Assembly (NCBI GenBank): GCA_004431415.1 | Contig: QPMI01000365.1 | Location: 1 to 42,135, forward strand | Length of the DNA stretch: 42,135 nt | Reading direction: 5' to 3' | Source: Cyanophora paradoxa CCMP329 | Taxonomy: Eukaryota > Plantae > Glaucophyta | Shown here: positions 12,138 to 23,052 of the stretch, piece by piece | How the letters are laid out: each line of letters starts with the position of its first letter | Numbering within the stretch: position 1 is the stretch's first letter | Notes under the pieces: model-generated | The model's input: the letters and a program-made list of their open reading frames with translations, nothing else | The model's database searches: none | What the model was told of the DNA's origin: nothing | Made by a program: the position numbers and the translations under genes

Positions 12138-12416
12138 GCCCCCGCCGCCTCCGGGCCCGCCGCCCTCGATCGCGAGCCCGGGGCCTGTACAGAATCGATT
12201 GTACAGAGTGCACGGTCCGCAGTATACTCGAAATTGAATCTCACTCAAATAGCATTCAATCCTGATCGAGCCCGTGCGACCTCGAGAAATAGGCCGAGCG
12301 AGTCGTGTTTTCGTGGGAAACACTAAACTTGAAACAAGACTCAGCAAGTCGGACCAGAATGGGTTCACGGCCGCGTGCGGCAGCTAGCTAGAGCTACAGG
12401 AGGCGACCTGCGGGCG

Positions 12417-15400
12417 CTACTCGTCGGCGGCGGCGAGCTCGGCGGCGGCGGCGGCGGCGTCCTCGGCCGCCGCGTCCTCCGCCAGCTCCACCTCGAGCTC
12501 CGCCTCCGAAGCCGCCTCCTCGGGCTGGTCGGCGCGGAAGTCCTGGGCGCGCGATCGCGAGGGGGCGGTTAGAACCCCGACCGAATCCAAATCCAAGGCG
12601 GCCACTCGATTCGGGGTTCAACCGAAACGGGAGAGCAGCCTCCAGGGCCCTACTAGGGGGCGCGTCTGCCTGTGCGGCGCGGGTGGCGCTAGCGCCGGGG
12701 TCGACGTCGACGCCGGCCTCCGCATGCGCACCTGGGTGAGGTAGCTGGCGCCGACGTCGCCGCTGGCGGGGATGGGGTCGGCGCAGTGGAGGAACTCGGA
12801 CTTGTCGAGGTTCCCGTCGCGGTCGCCGATGGCGTCGTACAGCTCGACCATGTTGTACGCGCGCGAGGTGAGCTGGCCGATCTCCTCCAAGTAGAGCAGC
12901 GCGTCGTTGCTGATCTCCTCTGCGTCGCCGAAGGTCCCTGCCCAGATCTCCTCCGTGCCCGAGAAGGCGAACCCCATTTCGTTGTCGGCGCTCTCCAGCA
13001 CCATCGACAGCTTCACCCTGCGCGCCCGCCCCCGCCCCAAAGGCGCGCCCCTTGAGCCCCGGCGGGGCCTCGGCGGGAGCGGGGGCGGGGGTGGGGGCGG
13101 CACGCACGGAGCGGGGAGGAATTGGAGTTCGGGATCCGTCTCCAGCTTCTTCACCAGGTCGTCGCAGTGGACGAATCCAATGTCATCCTCGAACCGGGGC
13201 CCGGTGCCCTCCTCGAACCCGGGCTCGATGCCCTCCTCGGGCTCGGGCCCCGGGGAACTCAACGGCTCGAGCTCCGGCCCGGTGCCCTCCTCGGGTGCCG
13301 GCTCGGGCCAGGTGCCCTCCTCGGGTGCCGGCTCGGGCTCCGAGGAGCTCACCTCCCCGAGCTCGGGCTCGGTCTTCATGCCAAAGTACGCCGCCTCCGT
13401 GATCGGCTCGCGGCAGGCGAGGAGCTCCGACTTGTCCAGGTTCCCGTCGCCGTCGCCCAGCGCGTCGTACCGCGCCGCGCCCTCCAGCGCCTTTTGGATG
13501 CCCCCGAACGGCTCCTGGAAAGGCTCGAGCGCCACTCCTACCTCGCTCATGGGGACCTCGCTCCTGCCCGCGAAGACCGAAGACCACAGCTCTTCGGTGC
13601 CGGAGAACGTGTAGCCCGCCGGGTTTTCGGAGCTCGCCAGCAGCAGTCCGAGCTTCGTCCTGCCCATCGCGTGATTCGGCGTGAATGTGCGAAAACATGC
13701 ACATGTTTCGGATGTTGCACGCACTGGGGCGGGGCTTCCTGGATAGCAACATTGTTCGCTGTCATCTTGCCCAGGAAGTCGTCGCAATACACCATCCCCG
13801 GTGCCCTTTCCTCTGGCTTTATGCCAGAGAACGCCGCCTCCATGATCGGCTCGCGGCAGGCGAGGAGCTCCGACTTGTCCAGGTTCCCGTCGCCGTCGCC
13901 CAGCGCGTCGTACCGCGCCGCGCCCTCCAGCGCCTTTTGGATGCCCCCGAACGGCTCCTGGAAAGGCTCGAGCGCCACTCCTACCTCGCTCATGGGGACC
14001 TCGCTCCTGCCCGCGAAGACCGAAGACCACAGCTCTTCGGTGCCGGAGAACGTGTAGCCCGCCGGGTTTTCGGAGCTCGCCAGCAGCAGTCCGAGCTTCG
14101 TCCTGCCCATCGTGTGATTCGGCGTGAATGTGCGAAAACATGCACATGTTTCGGATGTTGCACGCACTGGGGCGGGGCTTCCTGGATAGCAACATTGTTC
14201 GCTGTCATCTTGCCCAGGAAGTCGTCGCAATACACCATCCCCGGTGCCCTTTCCTCTGGCTTTATGCCAGAGAACGCCGCCTCCATGATCGGCTCGCGGC
14301 AGGCGAGGAGCTCCGACTTGTCCAGGTTCCCGTCGCTGTCGCCCAGAGCGTCGTACCGCGCCGCGCCCGCCAGCGCCTTTTGGACGCCCCCGAACGGCTC
14401 CTGGAAAGGCTCGAGCGCCGCTCCTACCTCGCTCATGGGGACCTCGCTCCTGTCCGCGAAGACCGAAGACCACAGCTGTTCGGTGCCGGAGAACGTGTAG
14501 CCCGCCGGGTTTTCGGAGCTCGCCAGCAGCAGTCCGAGCTTCGCCCTGCCCATCGCGTGATTCGGCGTGAATGTGCGAAAACATGCACATGTTTCGGATG
14601 TTGCACGCACTGGGGCGGGGCTTCCTGGATAACAACATTGTTCGCTGTCATCTTGCCCAGGAAGTCGTCGCAATACACCATCCCCGGTGCCCTTTCCTCT
14701 GGCTTTATGCCAGAGAACGCCGCCTCCATGATCGGCTCGCGGCAGGCGAGGAGCTCCGACTTGTCCAGGTTCCCGTCGCTGTCGCCCAGAGCGTCGTACC
14801 GCGCCGCGCCCGCCAGCGCCTTTTGGACGCCCCCGAACGGCTCCTGGAAAGGCTCGAGCGCCGCTCCTACCTCGCTCATGGGGACCTCGCTCCTGTCCGC
14901 GAAGACCGAAGACCACAGCTGTTCGGTGCCGGAGAACGTGTAGCCCGCCGGGTTTTCGGAGCTCGCCAGCAGCAGTCCGAGCTTCGCCCTGCCCATCGCG
15001 TGATTCGGCGTGAATGTGCGAAAACATGCACAGCTGCAGGTTTCGGATGTTGCACGCACTGGGGCGGGGCTTCCTGGATAACAACATTGTTCGCTGTCAT
15101 CTTGCCCAGGAAGTCGTCGCAATACACCATCCCCGGTGCCCTTTCCTCCGGAATGCCAAAGTACGCCGGCTTTATGCCAAAGTACGCCGCCTCCATGATC
15201 GGCCCGCGGCAGGCGAGGAGCTCCGACTTGTCCAGGTTCCCGTCGCTGTCGCCCAGCGCGTCGTACCGCGCCACGCCCGCCAGCGCCTTTTGGACGCCCC
15301 CGAACGGCTCCTGGAAAGGCTCGAGCGCCGCTCCTACCTCGCTCATGGGGACCTCGCTCCTGTCCGCGAAGACCGAAGACCACAGCTGTTCGGTGCCGGA

Positions 15401-18400
15401 GAACGTGTAGCCCGCCGGGTTTTCGGAGCTCACCAGCAGCAGTCCGAGCTTCGCCCTGCCCATCGTGTGATTCGGCGTGAGTGCGCGAAAACATGCACAG
15501 GTTTCGGATGTTGCACGCACTGGGGCGGGGCTTCCTGGATAACAACATTGTTCGCTGTCATCTTGCCCAGGAAGTCGTCGCAATATAACATCGCCGGGCA
15601 CTTGTGGCTCGTCGCGAGTTCGCAGCTGGCCGAGTCGCCGCTGGGCGTACGTGCGCAGATAAGACCGCAACGAGTGTGCGCACTCGGACGGCAAGCGCCA
15701 GCACTCACGGGCAGCCGGACGTGAGGAGGTCCGCTGCGTTGCTGGCGGGGCCCTCGACCGCCAGGCACTCGCCGGTGGTGCAGGACTGGGGGCCCGGGAT
15801 CGGCGTCTTGAACTCGGCCGTGAGCTCGGGCTCTCTGTCCGTGCCGATCACGCATCAGGTATACGTACAGGCGCACGTGCACGCGGATTTGATGTGTACA
15901 AGCGATTCAAGATCGCGAAGGCACGTGGTGAGCACTAGTACCAGTACGAATACTGACCCGGCCACTGTCAGATTCGGCTCGAGGTTGGTGTCGCCGGACT
16001 CGTCACGCGTTTCGGTAGTAGGGATCTGTGCACGTACGTCCCCCAAAAAAGATTTGATTTGTCAGTATATATATATCGAGCACACACAGCAGAATGCAGA
16101 TGGGTGCCGGGGTGTAGAGGCGCACACGCTCGCCCGTAGGCTCGGCACTCAGCGCGATGGTCGGCTCCCCCGACGGGAACGCACTCCCCGCCCAGTATTC
16201 CTGCGTGCATGCGAGGCGGTTTCGTTGGTCAGGCCCCCCTGCGGCCGGGGCTGCCCGCCTGGAAATCTCGGACGACGGCTCCCTGGAACAACGGACCTGG
16301 TTGGGGTCGACGCTCTCCGCCGGGGTCCCCTTGGCGACCTCCATCCCGGTTCGGTTGTCCCGCGCGTAGATCTCGTACGTCCCCACCTAATTTTGACCAT
16401 ATCTCAGATTTCTGATACTAGAGAATGATCTCAGATATATCGATCTCTTATATAGGGGCGACCGTGCGCCGCCGCTGCCGTTCAAATAGCTATATAGTGG
16501 GATCCGATCGCCGACTCGCCTCGAGCCCGGGCTTCGCGTAGTCTGCGATGTAGAGGCCGCCGTGCATGTACTTGTAGGTGCCCTGTCCAGTGACGTCCCC
16601 CGTCTGCAGGCGTCGACAGCCGCGTGAGTACATGTGCGAAGAACTTTTTTAACAAGATCGATATCTATAGCTAGACGTCGAATGCTCGGGCTAGATATAG
16701 CTCGCAATGCTAATCGACGAATTCGGAAGAAATGACGGCAAGCATTTCAAGTTTATCGCGAATTCACGGAAGCTCAGCGAATTTCGAACCCGCGTAGTGT
16801 AATACGTGCCTGCGCGGAGAGGAAATGAATGAGTTTTATTTATTAAGTCTTTGCAGTGAGGCGTATTTAGATCAATTCCAAAGATCATGGTTACCATTTT
16901 CCGCGACCAGACGTGATTCCTGGCCGTGGGTACGCACGTCGTAATTGAGCTTGTAAGGGATGACTCCGAAGTCCTGCGGGCCCCCGGCCCCGTCAGCAGA
17001 TGCGCATGTTCGTCCAGCGGGGACGCGCGCGCAAGCCGTACCATGACAAGCTGCTCGCCAGAAAAGGCTTGCTCGGTCACGCGCGCCGTGACGGGGTCAA
17101 CGTCCTGTCGCAGAGCATTGATCACGAACAATGCATATGCATGTTAGACACCGTGGCAATAGTACTGAGCCCTGGTCGGTGGGGCGTGCACGGCAGCAAC
17201 GCACGTTGAGCTCGAGGGCGCGGAGCAGGGTTTCGTTCAGCTGCAGCCCCGCAGCGAGGTCGGCGTCCAGTGCTCCGGGCGCCTTCATCTCCGTCCCCTT
17301 CTCCATCGCGATCGCGGGCAGCTGCGACTTGAGGCTGCGGGCGTGTCGCCGGTCAACACACAATCCACGCGCGGCGCGCCGAGGCGAAGGGGTGCGTGGT
17401 CACCAGAAGCTGTCTCCGCACGACTGCTGGGGGGCTTCGTACGAGATGGTAGCGCTGCCGGTCGTGACTTGCGGCGGCGCGATCGGCGTCCACTGGCCCT
17501 GGACGCCCTCCACGGGGACCCGAGGCCCGTCCGGGAGACGAGCGGACTCCTGGGGGGCGCTCGTTCCGGCAAACGTCTCCGAGGACGGGTCTCGCGTCCA
17601 CTGCACGGCATCCGGCGCTGATGTGCGTGGGTCGGTTTGGGTGTTCATGATCACGGGCGCGCAGATTGTGATCGTGCGCACCAGGCGACTGGGCGTAGGC
17701 CAAGTTACTGCGTTCAACCATCATACGCATAATCGTCATCCCCAAAGAATGCACATGCGCACGGGAGTTTCGTAAACTCTCCGTAGTAAACCTTCTGGGG
17801 CGTCACGATCTGGCGGAGAACGTAGCCGCCTGCAAGAGCTCACGCAGCTGCTGGACACGAAACTTGCAATATATTGCGGGTCCGCCACACGTACCCGTCT
17901 CAGTGTACGAATCCGTCACGTCGAAGGTCCTCTTCTCCACAAACTCATCGGTGTACCTGCGCATGCGCGCCAAGGCCTCGCGTTCGATTCGCTCTCATTT
18001 GCTATAGCTAGAAGCATGCGCGCTAATATCATTCAAATTCTTAATGCTCCAAGCACTATATATTAATTTATGCAATACATATATGAATGTGCACGTGCTC
18101 GCGATATATATCGATCGATATCAAGATCATGATCACGCGTTAAGTTTAAAAATTTTGAGCATTGGGAGCGCACGTGAAGTTCTGGGTCTCGGTCGCGGGG
18201 GCTGTATACATGCCGGAACCATGGTACTGCGCGTGGACATGGATAAGCTCGAGCACGTTAAGATGTGAGCGCCCACGCGAGCATATGCAAACGCATCACA
18301 CGAACCTCTTCGGAGCCGGAGGCGCGGATCTTGCCGCTCTCAGAGAACGGAAGCTCGTACGTTCCCTGCAGGCAGCAGATACCATTCGAAATGGGCGCAC

Positions 18401-18521
18401 GCGCATGCAGCGGGAGGGACCCGACGTGTACCTTCTCGATGAGAACGCCTGGAGTCGTGCTGAGAGTGTCGCATGACCCCGGCGAAGGCAGGACCTCGGC
18501 CTGCAAGTCGGCCGCCACCAT
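12417..18521 (-). CDS. Large multi-exon acidic protein with six ~126-aa repeats, each bearing an EF-hand-like loop; probably extracellular; true 5' end uncertain
   Basis: About 20 exons can be chained in frame: GTYELPFSESG, YTDEFVEKRTFDV, TGDVTGQGTYKYMHGG, VGTYEIYARD, Cys-rich SCTTGEC..GCPGDSASCEL. These lead into 5 near-identical repeats, a PEPAPEEGT linker, one diverged repeat (YDAIGDRDGNLDKSEFLHC) and an acidic tail ..AAELAAADE*. Confidence 0.75.
13381..15590 (-). repeat. Five tandem ~443-bp exon+intron cassettes
   Basis: The period is 443 bp: a 378-nt exon plus a 65-nt GT-AG intron. Introns lie at 13660-13724, 14103-14167, 14546-14610, 14989-15059 and 15456-15520. Confidence 0.95.
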
Positions 18522-19137
18522 GATCGAATTCTAGCCTGGCAGATTGAAGGCGAGATCTAGAGGATTCGAAATTCGGAAGAGCGCCGCGCGCTGCGAGCCG
18601 GGCAGGGGAATCGAGGCGCTCAGCCGCGCTCCACGTACGCGCCGCGGCGACTAGCCTCTACCGTAGTACGCGCGCGGTACGTATACGCCGTGACGTATAT
18701 ATACCGTGCCGGGCCTACCGCCGGGCTACCGCAGCCTACCGGTACCGTAGTACCGGCCCCGGTGTACACTGTGACCGCTACGAGTTAGGAAAATATGACG
18801 GTCAAATTTATGTCGTTTGAAATCCGGACCCTTCTCTATGAGAAATATGAACTGGCGAACTGGCAGTGGGCGCCGGGCGGAAACTCCAGGGGCCTGAACT
18901 TTGGCCCTGATCATGAAGCGGCTGGCAGTCTGTGGCAGATCTTGCCCTTATGTAAATTAGCTACCGGGTAAGTTCTAGTAGCCTCCTGGTACAGTCCTAG
19001 TACTAGGCTAGTAGCTGCCGGAATGAGGCGCAGTTTCCGCCATACAAACTTTTTCGTTAATTAATTAGGACTGGCATTATAACGTCTCCGGGCCGCGGAA
19101 ATTGGGACGTTATAATGATGTCATTATAACGACATTA

Positions 19138-19352
19138 CTGTAGGAATGCTTTTTTAGCCGATGTTTTAAATTGCCGTAAATTGCCGAGAGGCCGAATTCG
19201 GCAATTTAGCATCACGGCAATTGCTTGGGGGGTAGAAATTTTCCTATTCCGCCATAGAGCAGACTCTGGATTCGGCAATTTATCGCCACGGCAATTCCGG
19301 TTTTGGTCGAATTCGGCAATTTAACTACGCGGCAATTTAAGCATTCCTACAG
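19138..19352. mobile_element. 215-bp MITE, Tc1/mariner/pogo type
   Basis: Perfect 14-bp TIR CTGTAGGAATGCTT..AAGCATTCCTACAG with TA on both sides, and internal AAATTGCCG/CGGCAATT repeats. Removing it restores a CATTATAACG motif of the host element. Confidence 0.9.
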
Positions 19353-19508
19353 TATAACGTTATAACGCATTATGATACATTATGATGAATATTTTATTAT
19401 ATTAAATATATTCAATTTCCTTCACGGGAACCTGAGTATCAGGGACTAACGTGTGCAACCCCCCCCCCCGGTATACGTCAATTCAAACTCGGCGGCAAAT
19501 TTTTGAAC

Positions 19509-19784
19509 ATGGCGGCACCGGCGGCACCCGCGGCGGGCTCCGTGCCCGCGGGAGAAATCGAACGTGTCGTGATCCACAGGAAGGGCAGCCCGGATGCGCC
19601 GCCTGTGCATTTCAAGCCGGACATGCTCAACGCCCGCCCCGTTGACGTTGTCCTGCGGCTGCTCAAGACGACTGTGTTTCAGAATCTGGACGCCGAGAAC
19701 ATGGAATTCGTGCTCGAGAAGCGCCACGACGGCACGTCGGAGGAGCTCGAAGACATCAGCCTCCTGTGCTCCACCTCGGGCTAG
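19509..19784 (+). pseudogene. N-terminal fragment of the element's second (accessory) ORF, unknown function
   Basis: Globular-looking, intronless MAAPAAPAAGSVPAGEIERVVIHRKG..VDVVLRLLKTTVFQNLDAENMEFVLEKRHDGTSEELEDISLL. It starts ~70 bp inside the left TIR and runs into the opposite ORF. Confidence 0.6.
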
Positions 19785-20073
19785 ACTTCGCCACAGTGAT
19801 GCCCGCGGCCCTGAGCGCCCCGCGGATCGCGTCGTAGCCGTATCCGTCGCCGCACAAAGTCGCCGCTTCTTCTACGACATCGTAAACTGCCTCCTTTGAG
19901 AGAGAGTAGTCCGTCGAGAGGTCGAGGTCGCTGAGCTTGTAGCGCAGGGCGCGCATCGAAATCTGGATTTGGTGCTCCTCGTGCAGCAGAGCCACGATCT
20001 CCCTCGCCTTTCTCTTCTGAGCCACATACTCCTCCAGAATCTCCGGGTCGATGTAAATCTCGAAGCCGCTCAT
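19756..20073 (-). pseudogene. N-terminal HTH fragment of an IS3EU/integrase-type transposase (DDE core missing)
   Basis: EIVALLHEEHQIQISMRALRYKLSDLDL (Clr5-like HTH) is followed by GYGYDAIRGALRAAGITV. This matches the GYR.M.G.LR..GI.V motif that precedes the integrase core in this group. Similarity ends at ~19786. Confidence 0.7.
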
Positions 20074-21008
20074 TGCGAGGCGAACCGCAATGAGCGCCCG
20101 CAGCTCCGTGCACTAGGCTATCGCTGTTTTGGCCGGCTGGGGCGGCTCTCCGGCGGTCTGCCGCCGGCTGTTCCCGCGGTCGAAAAATTCACTGCACCCC
20201 CCCTCCCTTGACGCTGTCGTCAAAACCGAGTGCTGGGCCGCGTCGGGCGCGCGCAGCATCTTCAGCGACCTAGCATCGCATCCGTGGTAGGTTTGAGCGC
20301 TGCCGGCATGCATCTGAGTGCCCGAGCTGGCGCCCGCACGCTCGACGGGCGCGCGTCCAGGGCAGCGCGCGCGCAGCCCGCCCGGCCACACGAACCACTT
20401 GTATGTATGATACAAAGACCTCTTACGCTACTAGCTCGCCGGCGCCGCGCCCCGGGCTCCTGTTCACTATGCCAGGATCGGCTGCCAGGGACTGCCTGCC
20501 TGGCCGCTGCCATGCCCGGTGCATGTGCCTACGTATTTGTTCCACCAAGGAGCGCCCCGCTCGCCGCCCCCTGCCTTGCACCATGACCATATACAACAAT
20601 CCCTCCGGGAATTGAAGCAAATGCTCCTGGGGGGGGTGCACACCAAGGGCCCTGACACCTGAGCGTCCGCAGCAGCGGTCGCTTGCTATTGCAATTTGCA
20701 ATTGCCGTCGGCGAGCATATCTTAAGAGCTCGATATTGCTTCTAACTTCTAAGATGGTTTATTATCGTTTTATTATCGAGAAGACGTTCAAATGCGGTGA
20801 AATACGTGGAATGAGGCCCGTCACTGGGCCGTCAGGGGGGGTGGAACACGTTATAATGACCTTACAGTACCGTAGTACTCGGAACATGCCGGGCATTGCC
20901 GGCATGATCATCGGATATCGATGCCGGCCCGGCGGCGTCATGCCCAACCGGCGCCGCACTGCGGGCAGTCGACGTCTGCGGCAGACTACCCGGTAGTACT
21001 CCGGCAGT

Positions 21009-21500
21009 CAGGGTTCCTAAAATTTTCTCAGGCCAAGGACGCCCCAAAAATTTTTGAAATATTTCCGAAAGATTTCCGAAATATTTCCGAAATATTTCCC
21101 CATAGAAACAAAGATTCCGAGCTTGCCACCAACATCTAAGCGCCTAAACCGCTTCCTAAGGCTTTTGTTGATGTTTCGACGCAGAATAGAGCGCGGAAAG
21201 AATTATAAGAACCCATCTGGGCGAGAGTGCACCCCTGCCACCGTACCAGAGAAAGTTGAGCTCGAGCCAAATCGAAGTCTAGAGTGCTCTGATCACATCA
21301 GATATCACTAAGACTTCCATATGCACGCAAAAGACACGTAAAGATGCTGCTTTTCGACGTGTTTGACGGGGGCAAAACGCCACAAGAAATTCTTTCCCCG
21401 CAAAAATTTTCGGCAGTTCGGGCGAGACAGAAAATTTTCGCAAAACTTTTCAGAAAATTTTTGGAATTGTTTTCCGGAAAAGTTTCCGACCGGAACCCTG
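21009..21500. mobile_element. 492-bp non-autonomous hAT-like element (copy A)
   Basis: TIR CAGGGTTCC..GGAACCCTG. Flanks CCGGCAGT / CCGGCGGCAGT read as an 8-bp TSD with a 3-nt slip. AAAATTTT-type subterminal repeats are present. Confidence 0.75.
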
Positions 21501-21714
21501 CCGGCGGCAGTGCATCGGATCGATTCGGAAATTTCGGATGCGTATGCCGCTGACTCTCAGTGATCCGATCATCGATTCCGATGATCGATTCCGGGCATTG
21601 ATGCCGCGCCGGCGCCGGCTCCGAGGAGTCGGAGCCTCCGAAGAGTCCGATCCGGCGGCGCCCCAATGCGGGCATTATGCGGCCCCATGCATACTATGAT
21701 ATGCAGGCTGCAGC

Positions 21715-22217
21715 CAGGGTTCCGGCCGAAAAATTTTTCGAAAAATAAAACAAAATTTTTTGTAAAATTTTTTGCAAAATTTTTTGGTCTCGGCTGGACG
21801 CTCAAAAAATTTTGCTCGAGAAAATATTCGGGGGGCCCTTTTCTCGTGCAGAACACGTCGTAATAAGCTTCCTTTACGTATCTCTTGCATGTATAATGAA
21901 GTTTAAGCGATAAGCAATGCGATAGGGGCACTCTGCACGTCGATAAGGGTCAGACCTCACTGTACCCCTGGCGAGCCCTAGGAAATTCATGAGTGTGTCT
22001 TCGCCCAAATGGGCTCGAAATAAAACTTCTGACCACTTCCCATGCTACAAGAATGTTAAGAGGACCTTAAGAGCACGTTTAGAGCGCGTTTGCGCGCCTC
22101 TGGAACGTGCCTTCTCGTTTGTATGGCAAAAATTTTTGAGAAATTTTTCAAAAATTTTTAAAAAGTTTTAAAAATTTTTGGGGGTCTCCTGGGCCCACAA
22201 AAAATTTTGGAACTCTG
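21715..22217. mobile_element. 503-bp non-autonomous hAT-like element (copy B, inverted relative to A)
   Basis: TIR CAGGGTTCC..GGAACTCTG with a perfect 8-bp TSD GCTGCAGC at 21707-21714 and 22218-22225. Confidence 0.85.
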
Positions 22218-22388
22218 GCTGCAGCCTGCAGCCTGCAGTGGGCCTGCACTGGCCCGCCCTGCAGGCAGGCTGAGGCAGCTGCCTACCAGTAAGTGGCAGT
22301 AACTTGAAAGTCTGGACTGCACAATCTAGGCAAGGCAGAAAAAAACTTAGCGTTGCCCGCGGCGCGGCCTCCCGGAGTCCGCTGCCTA

Positions 22389-22662
22389 CCGTCGGGCACT
22401 TAATTACCGCGGCATAAATTACCGCGTTTCAAAACCCGGCCCGCCATAGAGCAAAATACCGCGGTACCAAATTACCGCGTTTTTACAAATTTGAGGCTTG
22501 TATGGGGCGGTAATTATGGGGGGTACTGTCTAGGGCAACTTCTCAGCAGCAAATTACCGCGGGAGTCGCGGCGGGACCAAATTACCGCGTTTTTACAAAT
22601 TCTAGGCGCGGTAATTTGGTACCGCGGTAATTAAGTGGGCGCGGTATTTTTGTGTTCTACGG
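22389..22662. mobile_element. 274-bp MITE, TA-flanked
   Basis: TA|CCGTCGGGCAC..GTGTTCTACGG|TA imperfect TIR, with many AATTACCGCG/CGCGGTAATT repeats in mirror arrangement. Confidence 0.8.
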
Positions 22663-23052
22663 TAGCCAGGCTAGCCTTAGTAGGGGCCTCAGAGGCTCAG
22701 ACCCCGCTACTCAGTGACTAGCCTAGTAGGGGCCGCTACCGTACTAGCCCGCTAGCCGGCGCTAGGGCAGCCGAGGCAGGCTGCCTCGGTTCAAGTCCTG
22801 CTGGCGCCCGTTCTCTGCCAAAGGCTGCCATATGCATGGTCCTCGCGCATTGTTCAGCAAAATAATGCATTAAATTGCCATTAATTAGTTCAGCAAAATT
22901 CATGATCAGTTTCAGCGGGTTAACGTTGTACGATTAACTTGTACTAATTAGGGGCCAGACTTGTTGTACTTGTACCGTGTTCCGTGTACCGGTATACGTA
23001 CATGTGCTGAAAGTTCAGATGAATCGGCATTGATTCGGCAACCCTATTATTT

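Larger units (their letters stand above)
19437..20657. mobile_element. Internally deleted IS3EU-like (IS3/integrase-type DDE) DNA transposon, 1221 bp
   Basis: 6-bp TSD CCTGAG at 19431-19436 and 20658-20663. Imperfect TIRs: left TATCAGGG..GTGTGCA-poly(C); right end, reverse-complemented, TGTCAGGG..GTGTGCA-poly(C). Two convergent, apparently truncated ORFs lie inside. Confidence 0.8.
19071..20867. mobile_element. Older non-autonomous TIR element hosting two nested insertions
   Basis: Repeated CATTATAACG/CGTTATAATG motifs occur at both ends. The right end ..gttataatgaccttacag|TA resembles the C(T/C)GTA-type TIRs nearby. The left end is degenerate. Confidence 0.45.

Noticed and set aside
8636-12265. 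The 1209-aa ORF and the many other long Pro/Arg/Gly/Ala-rich ORFs (e.g. 36600-38702, 2386-3942)
   Set aside because: They are stop-poor shadow frames of very GC-rich DNA reading through introns. The real proteins emerge only after splicing.
13381-15590. Regular repeats as a CRISPR array or programmed-frameshift gene
   Set aside because: There are no unique spacers or cas genes. The frame shift per unit is fully explained by a 65-nt GT-AG intron.
19001-22728. 12-bp inverted repeat TACTAGGCTAGT/ACTAGCCTAGTA as the TIR of one large element enclosing the nest
   Set aside because: The context is low-complexity and CTAG-rich, and the match does not extend. It cannot be distinguished from chance without other copies.
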